This document shows, in pieces, positions 1 to 12,305 of a stretch of DNA of 64,000 bases. The stretch comes from Utricularia gibba. Taxonomy: Eukaryota > Plantae > Magnoliophyta. A model generated the notes under the pieces. That model saw nothing but the letters and a program-made list of their open reading frames with translations. It did no database searches and had not been told where the DNA came from. Each line of letters opens with the position of its first letter. The stretch's first letter is position 1. Both the position numbers and the translations under genes were made by a program. The stretch covers positions 5,704,001 to 5,768,000 of the forward strand of contig NEEC01000002.1 of NCBI GenBank assembly GCA_002189035.1, given 5' to 3'.

Positions 1-1579
1 TTTAAAAGTCAACGCAAGATTAATTTATTCAAAGTGATTTTTTAATTTATATTTGAAAATGCTTGATGAATCTAAATCCATGATTTTTTTAAATTCAAGT
101 TAATAGTTTATGCAAAAATAATAATAATGATTAAAAATATTAAATTTAGATAAGGAAAAATGGGATTATTGGAAAGCAAATTATTAAAATGATAATGAAA
201 ATTCAAAATAAATATAATGGTTGATTTTTCATTAATTTGTTGAAAAATTTGTTGTTTTTTAAATTTAATGAATGATTTTATATCATTTATTTTTACCTAA
301 TTTATACTTCAATTTTTCATTATTTTCAATTGATTTTTATTTTTTTTAAATTATCATTCTAAATGATTAAATAGCTTATGTTTTTTTACATAAATATTAA
401 TTTCTTATTTTGAGAATGAAAATAAGATATTTTGTTGTTATATATTTTTGAATTATTAACTTCCTAATGCAATTAGTTAGTAAGTCGAGAGGAGAGAAGA
501 AGGAAAGAAGTCATCGTTTCATAATGTCCTCAAAGATTGGGTGAAAACAGTGTTGTGGGGTAATAAGGTTAGGTAAACGGTAATAAAAAACTAGGTAAAA
601 ATTCTAAATAAATGTGTGGCGGTCGCTTGGGGATGTTTGACATTAACACTACAATTCGCAAAATATTCTAACATTTTAAAAATACCTCGCATACATTTTT
701 CATTAGTCCTAAATCTAGATTAAATTATTTTTATAGTGGATTGAATCAAAATTATTTATTTTTTAAAACGTTTAAAAAATTAAAATTATTGTTTAGATGA
801 GTTAAATCCATTCTTTGTTCATTTATGGATTTAGATTGAGCCCATCAAAGTTTGACCCATAATTTTAAAATATTGCCATATTAATTTAGCCCTATTATAA
901 TCATTTACATTTGAGGAATAAAAAAATAGTATTATAAACAATTCATTATTTAAAACAGTTTAATGCTAATTTTTAAAACGCCTTAGCTAAAATAAAATAT
1001 TTGGCTAAGAGAATGGCGGCTCCCTGAAGACAACGCATTTGGGTCCATAACACCATTTAAGTAGATAGTATTTATCCAAATAATGTAATTGGATCCAAAA
1101 AAAAGTATAGTTCATTCCAACTATTTGAAAGTCTCCACCATTTCAAAATGAAAAAAAAAAATCTTTATGAAGTTAAATCTAATTATCATACTTTAATTTC
1201 TATAATCAATTTTACCTTTTTCCAATTGATTATCCTCTTTTGAGTGTGCGAAGAAAATGGTCAATATATGTAAAAAAAAAAAAAATTGATCATATTGTAT
1301 GAGGGATAAATACATGATCCCATGCTCGGCCACCATCAACGAGGTCGCTCATGTATGATTGCATGCATACAATAGTAGAAACATTTTATTGGATATGCCA
1401 AATTTTGAACATTTATATAAAAAAGGAATTAAATATATCATTTTTACAAAATATATTAATTTTTTAATTCTATCAAGTGACATTTACTCAGAATGTAAAA
1501 CGATTTTCGTTTATTATTACACGATCACTTTTGTAATTTTTAAGATTTTTACATTGGGCATGTTTAATTGCCCTTAAAT

Positions 1580-3007
1580 TTAGTACGGGGAAAGTGCCAA
1601 GAAATCTTCGATAAATCGGCCCAAGAAATGATCCGACGGTTCCTGTTTCAGCAGCGTTTTCCTACTCTTGGCTTTCAAATCTCTGACTTTGACTCGGATC
1701 GGATTTTCCAAATCCATCAGCTCAGTGATCGCAGTCCTGATTCTCTCCGCCGGAATAACCGTGCCGGAGTCACGGTGGTAATCGATCTTAATCTCCACGG
1801 CTATCTCGAATTCCATCACCAGCTGAAACGCGTTCGCCTGTTGTTCTGCTGCCAGGGGCCACGTCGCCATCGGAACACCGAACCAGACGCTTTCCAGGGT
1901 TGAATTCCACCCACAATGAGAAACGAAGCCTCCCACCGCGGGATGGGCTAAAATCGCCATCTGCGGCGCCCAACCGATGACTTTTCCCCTGCCCTTTGTT
2001 CTATCTAAAAACCCATCCGGTAGAACCTCGCCGTGGTTCTCGTACTCAGACGGGAACCCCAACCGCCCTCCCGGCGGCGGCCTTCTTAGAGTCCATAAAA
2101 ATCGGTGACCGCTTATCTCGAGTCCGGCGGCGATTTCCTTCACCTGTTCTTCTGGGAAGGCGCCGCGCGTGCCGAAACAGAGGAACACGACGGAAGAGTC
2201 TGGTTGCTCGTCGAGCCAATTGATGATTTCATTGTATTCTTTACTGGATCTCTCACCTTCATCGGGACCGTTCTGGAGAATAGGCCCGACGGGGTAGAAC
2301 GGCGGGAGTTCACGGTCATCCCAGAGTCCCTGAATTGCGTAGGGCTCAAAATCGACGAACGTGTTACCCAAAATTCCTCTGCATCTTCTGACTACTGTTA
2401 TCATATCAAAAAACATTGAACTCGTTTCCTTGTGAAAGACCATGCTCGGCCAAACGGCTGACGGAACTGGCGTTTTGTACCCCGGAATCGCCATCGACTC
2501 CGAGGAATTCTGGTATTTCATCACCCCATCTCCGAGGGCGTGAATATGAAACATAAACCCAAGAACAGCGGCGCTACAGGTGAAAAAAACGTAAGTTGGG
2601 ATACCCAATTCATCGGCAATATCAACAATCGATGTGCAAATCGTATCAATCACGAATCCCACCGGAGACTTAGTTTCCCGGCCGCCCACTATCTCAGCTA
2701 CGGTGTCTCTGAGAACGGGCTTCTGGTTCTCAACGAACTTCATGATGAAAGATGGCCCCATTTGATTGGGCGTTTCCGCATCGTTCGGAGGGACATCGAT
2801 GAAGTTGACCCGGGAATTGGATGAGGAATTGCTGGTGTAAGAAGATAGAGAGATGTTGGTTTCCAGGGGCAGTTTCATCACGAGAACGGCGACTTCGAGG
2901 GTGTGGTCGCGCTCGGCGAGGAGCTCCGCCACCTTCACGGCGGGGACGAGATGACTCATGGTCGGAAACGGGATGAAGAGCAAAGTTCCTCTCTTGGCCG
3001 GGGACAT
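1580..3007 (-). CDS. UDP-glycosyltransferase, UGT71-like (family 1 GT), intronless, 475 aa
   Basis: Complete PSPG box WAPQMAILAHPAVGGFVSHCGWNSTLESVWFGVPMATWPLAAEQQ ending in Q; N-terminal FIPFPTMSHL with catalytic His; GFVIDTICT segment with the paired Asp, as in UGT71. Confidence 0.95.
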   Translation of the reverse strand: MSPAKRGTLLFIPFPTMSHLVPAVKVAELLAERDHTLEVAVLVMKLPLETNISLSSYTSNSSSNSRVNFIDVPPNDAETPNQMGPSFIMKFVENQKPVLRDTVAEIVGGRETKSPVGFVIDTICTSIVDIADELGIPTYVFFTCSAAVLGFMFHIHALGDGVMKYQNSSESMAIPGYKTPVPSAVWPSMVFHKETSSMFFDMITVVRRCRGILGNTFVDFEPYAIQGLWDDRELPPFYPVGPILQNGPDEGERSSKEYNEIINWLDEQPDSSVVFLCFGTRGAFPEEQVKEIAAGLEISGHRFLWTLRRPPPGGRLGFPSEYENHGEVLPDGFLDRTKGRGKVIGWAPQMAILAHPAVGGFVSHCGWNSTLESVWFGVPMATWPLAAEQQANAFQLVMEFEIAVEIKIDYHRDSGTVIPAERIRTAITELMDLENPIRVKVRDLKAKSRKTLLKQEPSDHFLGRFIEDFLALSPY

Positions 3008-3882
3008 TTTCTTTGCTTCGTTTTCCGGCGACCACGGTTGGACTTGGAGGTGAATGCGGTGGGGGTGACTACTGTTGAATCAGGTGTATCCGTCGACCTT
3101 CAACAGGATATACTTCAGAGTTCAGATGTCTTGGAGCTCACAACACTTGACCAAATTCATCTTCCTTCTGGAAGATAACGACTGATCTTGTACCTATTCC
3201 ACTCATCTGAAATGATGCAAATGCAATCTTCCAAAACCAGGATACTGTCAAAAAAGTCCCAAATTCAATATGAAATACATATTTTTTTTATCAAAAAAAT
3301 ATGCTTTTTAATTTTGTAACAATAAAAATTATTAAAAGTAACTAATTACGAATAAAAAATGCAAATAATATTTACCTATTTTTGAAAATTTAACCAATTT
3401 TACTTTTGACTTCCTCAAGTTAATTATGGTCATAATATTATGGATTCAGGGCCGGATTGCTATACTTTGGCTTTATTTTACTAAATTATGCATTATTTAT
3501 TTCATGAATTTAAATAAATTTTAAGATTGTGATATTTTTTTTTCAATATGATGAAATGAGATTTATTTATGTTGAAAGTAAGTATCAAGTAAACACATGT
3601 AAAGTTCAAATATGCAATCAAATTGAATCACATGAAAAAAATCTAAACTCAACGAATCGGTAGTAATATACAATCTATTATATATTTGAATATTTAGTAA
3701 TATGGATCAATTTCATTTTTCGATATGGTATTGTTTGTTATAATAATTTAAACTTGTGTCATTCTTATTTTATTTAATTCCAATTGTTTTGTCAGCTAAT
3801 TAAATATGTTATAAAAATTAATTTCTCTATATCAATTTTATCTAAATCTTAAACTCTTTTTTTATCGATAAAGCAGTCCTCT

Positions 3883-4420
3883 AGAGCTGCTACCGTTTCT
3901 AAACTGATTGGTTTCAGTTCGGAACCATACAATTTTTTGAAACCGTCATTTCGTACCGTAATTTACTGTTGACTTCAGTTCCGATTTTGGTTTGAACTAG
4001 ATTTTTAAACCTTCAATCAAACTAAAATCAAGATAAAAAAACGTTGAACTGAATCAAAACCAACTGTTTTTTAGAGATTAATTTTCAGGTACTTATATAA
4101 ATCATTAACACATCGTTTTTTTAGAAGATTCTCTAAGCTTCTAATAAAGATTGTTAAGATTATTAAAAAATGATCATGAGAATAGAAAATATTTTTTGGG
4201 TACTCATATGAGTCATTTGGAAAACACATAATTTTTTGAAATATTTTTTCAAGAATCCATAAAACCTGTTAAGAATGATTGGAACCATTAAAAAATGAAA
4301 CCCAATGGTTTGTGAACCGTTGGTTCTGTCTGTTTCGCGTGGATTGGAATGGCAATTTATTGGTTTGCAATATCTCGAACCGACCTGAAATGGTACGGAA
4401 CCGGAACAGCATGAACACTC
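3883..4420. mobile_element. Possible degenerate non-autonomous hAT-type element (AACCG/CGGTT-rich)
   Basis: Starts TAGAGCTG and carries many GAACCG/CGGTT-type motifs near both ends. I could not identify a matching right TIR or an 8-bp TSD. Confidence 0.3.
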
Positions 4421-4498
4421 AGATGCCGAACCGATTACAACTCTATTTTGATTGTTGGAGTCACCTGGATTTTATTGCATGTTCTTGCTTTGAAGCAT

Positions 4499-5574
4499 CT
4501 AGACAACGGGAAAGCTAGGATCCATGTTGATTCCACACAGTCCTCTATTGCTACTGACGCCTCTCTGCATATAGATATAGCCACCCGATCCCCAAGAGCT
4601 TCCCCATGAATTCTTCACTATCCAATACGGCGTTCCGGTAGCGCTGGTTCCATATCCAACGACGGTTACTCCGTGATCCAGGTTCGTCGAGCACTGCCCT
4701 GTGAAAACTCCACTTGAATAGAACTGAAAGCTCCTTCCACTTGCTTCGATCGCCACGGACACGGGCTGATTCGCTACTGCTGCCATCAACGCGGCCTCAT
4801 TGTTTGAGGGAACGTCGAAGAAGCCACTGATGACTGCCGCCAGCTGACGAGCTCTTACGGTATTGCACGGTGATTGTGTACCGGTGTATGGGTAGTTGGA
4901 TTCGGTTGTGATGCCGTTAAGTCGTATGTAATTGAATGCGTTCTGCATTGCGCCGCCGTTGCACCCGCTGTTTGATCTGTCGCAGCTTACGAGTGACTGC
5001 TCGGAGAAGGAAAGTAGTTTCCCTCTTCTGATCTTCCACGCGCCCTCAAGGGCTGCCACGGCCGAGAAAGCCCAGCAGCAGCCTACATCATGCACAGTAA
5101 AATGAGTATCCAAAACAAAACATTTCGTGCTTTGGGAGAAACACAGATTTATTGCTTACCACAGCTGCCTTGGTTCTTGACGGGAGTGACAGCCCCAGCT
5201 GCTCTCCAATCGACGCTCGAGGGAAGTTGCGTTAGAGAGACGTTTGCTTCACGAAGGGTTGCCGTTTTTCGCGTGCTCGGTTTCACATATTTGTTCACAG
5301 AAGCACGAAATTCCTCGTTGGTGAGATCAGCAAACTGGTTGACGCCCAGCTTGTAACTCAACCCTGCTGCATTAACAGAATTGATGTACTCCACATTGTT
5401 CTTGAAAATCTCACGTCTCATGGCCTTTTCTTCTTTGCTACTGTAGACACGTCCATATTTCGCCATCCACCCTTCGTGCATTTCGCTAACCTCCACATCC
5501 CCGAGCCCGGCTGCATCCGCTGCCATTAGAATCGGCAGCAGAAGCATCGCAGCAGAAACAAACTTCAGCATCAT
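4499..5574 (-). CDS. Papain-like cysteine protease (C1A), SAG12-like, 2 exons (5574-5160, 5082-4499)
   Basis: Signal peptide; I29 prodomain (EKAMRREIFKNN, GVNQFADLTNEEF); QGSCG|CCWAFS across a 77-nt GT-AG intron; catalytic His (LDHGV) and Asn (WIVKNSWG); no KDEL or granulin tail. Confidence 0.95.
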
Positions 5575-6109
5575 CCTCACCCTTGTCGGTGTATGCTCAA
5601 ACAAGAGACAGGTGATGGGAATAGGGTGCAAGATGAGGTATTTATTGAGGTTCCACACAGAGACGCAGCTTCCATAATTCAAGGAAAAAGTCTGAGTAGC
5701 CTAATTTATGGCGATGCGATCTTCTTCCTTTTTTTAATCAAATGTCAAGGTTGTTATTACTCATCCATTCGATTTCAATTCCTATTCTACCGGTACTTAA
5801 GTTCGGTAATCCTATGTATGATACTGAGGGGTTGACTCAAGGAGAGTGAGCTTTGAAGGAAGTTCTGGGAGATCCGGACACAGCACCAGCTTAGTTCTGA
5901 ATAATGATAAGGATGAGAGATTTCACACATGTTGAAATGTAACATTCAATTGATCTGAAGAGTACATGAATCAAGTACATAAAAACATAAATTATATTAA
6001 AAAATATTAGATTCAATAGATTAATAATAATCTATAATATTTTATATATTTAATTATTTCATTTTTATTATTTACTCATATGAAATTACTTGTTCTAATA
6101 ACACAAAGG

Positions 6110-6358
6110 TCTATGCACAGAGATCTCACAGGTCGCTATTATTTAGCAGGAAGTCTCATTCCTTTGAGGGGCTACTAGAAGCCGAATCCGCTTGTTTGCG
6201 ATCCAGGGCACATGGGATTGATCTTCATGGTTTAATGTGACGTGAACGACTGGGAGCTTATGGGTTAATAGATGCATTTTCAGCACAGATTTTGATGGAA
6301 ATCTGGGCACTGTTGATCGCGCTGTAGGAGATTCTCAAACCATTTGTTCATCCAAACT
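6110..6358 (+). mobile_element. Possible decayed RNase H-like (non-LTR retroelement) relic
   Basis: GC-balanced island in an AT-rich spacer. Different frames give RDLTGRYYLAGS, LLEAESACL and GNLGTVDRAVGDSQTIC, loosely following the order of plant RVT_3 motifs, with several stops and shifts. Confidence 0.25.
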
Positions 6359-8029
6359 AAAAAAAAACATAAATTAAATTTAATATCTTTTCATTTAATC
6401 AATAGAATTAAGCTGACACACCGCCGAGTGTCATTTTTTTTATTGAATTTTCAAAAAAAATCTAATAGAATTTATTTATGTAATAGTCATTTTCAATCAC
6501 TCGATTGAAATAATTCAATTTCATCAAGTACAATATTTCTTATTTAATATAGAGCATTAGGTAATAATGCTACTATTAATACGCAAAATAAATTAATAAT
6601 AATCTTAATATATTGGACCTACAAGATAGAATATGTCAAGTGTTTTATTAGTTATTTAAGAATTTGCACTTGACATCATTCCTATGTTTTAAATATTGAG
6701 GTGAATGGTGCTTCATTTTTTTATTATTTAAAGTGTTTTTGAAAAACTTATTACTATAAAATGAGTTTAATATTCTATTTTGTTCCATGCTCAAATTCAC
6801 ATGATATTTGTCTATGATTTTCTAACATTACTTATAGGTATATGCTATTTATAAATGATTTTAAGTTTTATTTTTTAGTGACTCATAAATTGATTTTTGA
6901 AGTAGTGAAGATCTATTTATTTTCATCTTAAAATTAAATACATTACTACGATTATCAAAACATAATGTTTTTAAATTCAAAAAAATGGTTTTATATCTGG
7001 ACTAGGATTCGTCTATATAAAAAAAAAATGATTTCATTGATTTGTGTTGCTTTGAATAGAAATCATCTATAAATTCAAATTCCATTTTTTTTATTTCTTA
7101 AAGCATCTTTATTCGTTTCCGGAAATGATGATGTGACTTTCGTTATTGAGTTTCATCAAAATGATTTCCGTAGTGTATAACTTAAAATAAAAATGATTTC
7201 CGTAAAAATAAAAATGATTTTCGAAAAATCATGTCAGTATTTCTGGAAATCACTAAAGATGTTTTTATAGTTGTTTTTTTTTCTTTTTTTAATTTATAAG
7301 AATTTCTGAATTGCTCATTCAATTTGAACATTTTTTATATCTTGTGATTTGGTTTTCTTTTGTGTTTTGTATTTGATGGGTAATTTTAGGATTTGATTTT
7401 TAATTTACATAAGAAAATTAAATCAATTTGATACTTCATATGAATTATAACTATTATCAATGTTACAAGAAAGTTCACTGTTTTAAATAATTATTGTTGC
7501 AAGAAAATAGTTTGTGAGAAAATGTGGATAATATTAAAATTCTTGTGAGTATTGATGTCATGAATATGATGGATAAAAGTTTCAATCTTCAAGATTGTCA
7601 TGTTATAATTAAAAGATTCAAACAGAATACATATCATGGTTTTTCAAAGCAGCAAATCACCAACAAATTTGGGATAATGAATAAGAAAGGGAAGATATGG
7701 ATAAACCTACATGAAGAGATTAAAGTACAATAGAAACTACTACTGCCTATAGCATTTACTCTTGGTTGAATATCTTCTTGGATTGGATAAAATATTGAAA
7801 GAAATTTACAATGCTGATGAGTGATCTAATGTTGTTCGAGTACATTAGTTTTTTTTTTCTAATTGTTTTTGTTGATTTTTTTGTACTAAATACACAATCC
7901 CTTTTCAACTCTTCAAACTCAACTTTAAAGATTCGATAAAAAATCAATGTCATTTTTATGATCGTCACACATGTAACACTCAAAAGAAAAAAAAAACAAT
8001 ATAAATAACAATGGACGATTTATGAAAAA

Positions 8030-8330
8030 AAAACCTCAATTTTAAAAATTTGTAGCACATTATACCTCGATATTTTTTTAAAAAAATATAAAATAAGCTA
8101 ACTTGACAAAAAGAATCCCAATAAAAAAACTCACAAATTGGCCTGTAACTTTATAATATTTTGAACTATTTCTTATGCATAAAATCATTCAAATTAAACC
8201 TCAAAACTTATAAAAATTATCGGACATCGTTAGGTTACAAAGTTTTAAAACCAAGATTGATCTTACATGATTTTAAAAAGTTTGCAAGCTTTTTTTGCAT
8301 GAATTTATTGAAATTGAGGTTAAATTATAA
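8030..8330. mobile_element. Possible MULE-like MITE with degenerate long inverted repeats
   Basis: AACCTCAATTTTAAAAATTTGTAGC near 8035 is an imperfect inverted repeat of GCATGAATTTATTGAAATTGAGGTT near 8300. TSD not established. Confidence 0.3.
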
Positions 8331-8893
8331 ATTTTGACAAATAACAATGAATGCAAATTTCGAAGACGTAACGCAAAATTGGATGGTCGCCCTTCAAATA
8401 ACAGCAGAGTGGACAATCTTTGTTAACTCACAGAAGCGTACGGACGAAGGGCTTTTTCATACATCACTGCAGGTTGGAATTACAATCCATGGTCTCTGTC
8501 ATCACCAAACTGCTGGAATGGTGAAGCCACCTGCGGAACCTCGGCTCTCTAAACCCTGAACTAAGCCTGGTTGTTCATGATGTTTGTGTTGATTTTATTG
8601 AATGAAAGGCGGAGAACAGTCAGTGAAGAAGGATGGAACTTCTTGCATTCCTCACAGGAGAGAAGTTAATTTAACACACTGCAAAAGGAGTCAAAAGTTT
8701 CAGGAACCATAAGTCTTGAAAGACAAAACTCAGCTGCATATACCCAGACAGTTTATAATTTCAGCATAGCAGGAAAAATTTAGTCACGGGCATGATCAGA
8801 GTTGACATGAGGAGCTGATTTGCCCTCATCTTTCACACAAAATGCCTGGCTAAGCCGTGAGGAAGTGCACCAAGAGATGGGAATCCAGGATGA

Positions 8894-10819
8894 TCAATCA
8901 CCTGGTTCTTTTATTTGTAATGTGGTTCTTGAAAGGCTAGCTTCCAGTTCATTTAACTCATCGATGTCAAGATCGTCATCGTCGTCTTCATCGATGCTAT
9001 CTTCGTCATGATTTATATCTTCGTTGGCTTCACCAGCATTTGATGCAGATGAACTAGGCCTATTGCTAGAAGTGTCTCTAATATCCTTCTAACATACAAA
9101 ACAACGAGTTTGGTAAAAATGCGATTCATTGACCTCAAAAATGGGCATCCACGGATACACTGACCTCTTGAGCTTCATCACGTTCTTCTCGTTCATACTT
9201 GTCATAGGCTTCAGCATCATCAACAAACAAGCTGGCATTTGAAAGGAAAAGCTCCCGACCACTGTTGGGAAAGAAACACAAAGGATGTAGTGTCAGATTC
9301 CACGAATGAGGTGCAGTCCAGTTAAAAATATAGCAAGAGCTCATCAATTCCAAATAAATGCAATAGGGCTTGCCTCATGCGGTCGTTCTTCACCCTTTCA
9401 GCTCTCTGTGCAGCCAGCCCAGCTTCCCTCTCCTCCATCTTTTTCTTTTTCCACTGCATGAACAGCTCTGGAGTCAAGGGAGTTATCGTTGCCACTTTGG
9501 CTCTCTGCAAACAGACAAAAACAGTATTGAGTCTAGGGTTCAGAACTCCAAAACAGGTTTAAAAGATAAAGAAAACAATACAAATTGTCCCGGTTTGTAA
9601 AAAGAGTCGTACAAAATGAAACATCCAAAAAATAGTATGAAGAAAGAAACAAGAAATATAAGTCGACCTGGCTCTCAATCTCCTCCTCTACGGTAATCTT
9701 TTCTGTTTCCTCCTCCAACAGGGCCTTCATTTGTGACTTCAAAACATAACCTGGCGGAAGCGCATGTCTGTAATGGCAGTCTTTACCACCATTGGGGCAA
9801 ACCCAAAACCAACCATATTGCTTTTTCTCCACCGCATCCAGAAAGTACTTGCAAACCTGTGACAAGATTTGCAGGACAATCAATAAGCATTTGTCCTGGT
9901 ACAACAACCCGAAATAATAAATGTAGTGGATACAGCATGAAAACAACAGAGAAAGAGAATGAAAGAAATTCAAATGCATTTAGAGGATAAAACTATGATT
10001 CAACTGAATATATAGTGTCATACGATATCAGTTGGCTTATTTTTGTTGTACTCATTGCTCTTGGATTGGACAACCTTCTCCAGAGTCTCTTGGTCCCAAT
10101 CCTCCATCGTTTCATCTCCTTTTTCTGGGAAGGAAAACACAGGATTAATGAGCCATAATTAATGGCTGGTATCACCATTGAGATAACTAAAGAGTTTCAA
10201 CCTTGATCACGTTTATCGCTGTATATGTCTATCTTTTCGCCTTTCCTTTGCACATTTAAGTCATGCGAAAATTTGCATTTAAACCCTTTCGCACATTGAC
10301 CAAACTTAAAGTGCTCACAGACGATTGATTTTGGATCAACACCTGAAAATAGCAATGGTTTACAAAATTTAACGGCCACTTGTATACTCTTCAACCAAAA
10401 ACCTCATGCAATTTTTATATGAAAATAAATGATGATGTAATTAACAGGGTAGCTAGAGCCTATTGAACTCACGAATCACAGAAACTTACCAGCAGGGACT
10501 TTAGGTTGTCTAATAGCAACTTTAAACAATTCATTCAGTTCCATCTCCTTTGACTTCTCCTCTTCTTTCTTCTTCTGTTACACCATTTCAATTGTGAAAA
10601 CACACCAACAACGAATATTCACAAGATAGGGAGGAAAGAATGACGCACCTGTGCAGCGAGTTTGCTTGGGTCTGGTTTGGGTTGGACCGCTTGTTTAAGG
10701 GACTGGACATACTTCTGAACATTCTTTGATTTGTTCTTATTCTTCAATCCAAATGTCTTGTCCTCTACTATCTTCTGCTTTTTGGCCAAATCAGCCTTAG
10801 ACTGCTGCTTTGGAGGCAT
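8894..10819 (-). CDS. Zinc finger CCCH protein, ZC3H15/Tma46 family (AtC3H21-like), 8 exons
   Basis: [38 protein letters not shown]; ZnF1 [19 protein letters not shown]; ZnF2 [30 protein letters not shown]; DRMSGRELF; acidic tail. Exons join in frame if one intron (9373-9262) is GC-AG. Confidence 0.95.
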
Positions 10820-11739
10820 TTTTTCTCAATGAAAATTTTCCCTTCTTATAAAAGATATCGTTACTCTGGAATCAAATTACCACAGAGAAGAATATACAAA
10901 TGTGATAAAGCAGGTTTGAAGATTAGAACCTTGTAAACTGACAAGCCCCAGGCAGGAGACTAATGCCCAAAAGCCAAATCAAACTAGTATTAAATTGTAC
11001 GAGTCAATGATTTTGGTCAGCTAGTTTTTGCAATAGATCCCATAGAGGAAAAATACCCTAAAGAGTTATTTCACTTTCATCAAATGTAAACCGTTCAATT
11101 TCTATGGTTCACAAATGCAGTAAAAATAAAAAACTCCGAACATGATTTTTTATGGCTAGGGCAGGATCTTTCACCTTTTGAAGCCTCGACTTGGAGTAAC
11201 CGTAATGCAAACAGTTGTGAGTGAAAATAAAAATGACTTACATACTTCAAGTTTCAAGTAAACGCGAAAACAATCATACGATTTCCTTGATCGTTAACAA
11301 GACGAATGCAATAACCATGCTTCGCAGCACGAAGCGAAGCAATTGCAGTCCCAAAAAACCCAAGCTCTCGATTTAAGAATGTATCACACATTGCTTTGCG
11401 ATAGAAATATACGCATGCAAATCCTCACCTCTTCACAATTTTTTCAATTTATTGATTTGGGAGGCTGGAAATCCTGGATCTTAAACTGAGATTCGAGACA
11501 AAATCAGTTAGAATTCCGCCAAATAAACATAAAAAATCCCATTATCCAAAAAATAAAGGAAATACGCATTAAGAGTCTAGGGTAGCACTGACAAGCTCTC
11601 TCACCGGAACGAATCTAGCGGACTGTCTGCGGCGGGCGGAGTTGAATCCGCGACGGGAGGTGCGAGAAACCAAGGATTGGCTGATGCGACTGCCAGGAGG
11701 AACTCAACTAGGATTTTGTGCATTTTGATAGAAGCCAGG

Positions 11740-11920
11740 CCAATTATCCAGACGTGGGCACGGGACGGGCCAGCCCGTATCCCCAAACTCACATTAAATT
11801 GGATTTTGCAATACGGGTTGCCCAATCCAGGCCCACCTCTACATTTACCAATTTACCCGTCCAGCTATTTCTGGCCCAAATATTATGGGCCCACTCGGCT
11901 CATTCCATTAAGCCCGCAGG
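11740..11920 (-). promoter_or_regulatory. Site II (TGGGCY/GGCCCA) motif cluster upstream of the CCCH gene
   Basis: Several GGCCCA/GCCCAA/TGGGCC motifs in a local GC-rich island, typical of plant translation-related and housekeeping promoters. A 5'-UTR intron probably spans about 10870-11600. Confidence 0.55.
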
Positions 11921-12305
11921 TGATCTCTTCTCCTTGATTATTAGGAATCAAAATCAAATTGAAATAAATATCTCTTTGGTTTATCTCTAAGAAACAGTTT
12001 CAAAAAAGTAATTTTAGAAGGACAGTTTTTATGAAATAGTAATATCTAAGCTTTTAGAAAAATTGAAGTGCTTGAATGTTTCAATTCCATATAAAATAAA
12101 AACAGCACATATTTTGTGTGAGAATCCCTTATAGAATTACTTCAATTTTTGATGTAACGATTTCAATTTTAGTCAATTTCCAACGATACCCAATCTATCA
12201 ATATTCATACTGATTATACATATTTATTTATTTAATAAGATATTAAAAAAATTCCTCCAATACATCTTATATGTTTAAGCTCACTTGAGTTCCTTGTTCA
12301 GCAGA

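Noticed and set aside
1568-3178. Antisense and alternate-frame ORFs over the UGT (similar ones over PP2C, ankyrin, KH and PHD-GNAT exons)
   Set aside because: Shadow ORFs expected over GC-richer coding sequence, with no recognisable motifs.
8470-8500. ITIHGLC in ORF 8347-8559 resembles the T2/S-RNase motif FTIHGLWP, tempting given the F-box array
   Set aside because: No WP, no signal peptide and no second catalytic motif (EW.KHG). It lies in the 3' flank of the CCCH gene, so it is a chance match.
8545-8565. CTAAACCCTGAAC resembles the plant telomerase RNA template region
   Set aside because: No upstream USE (TCCCACAT) and TATA, no G-rich 5' end and none of the flanking conserved blocks I recall. 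It is more simply a telobox-like motif.
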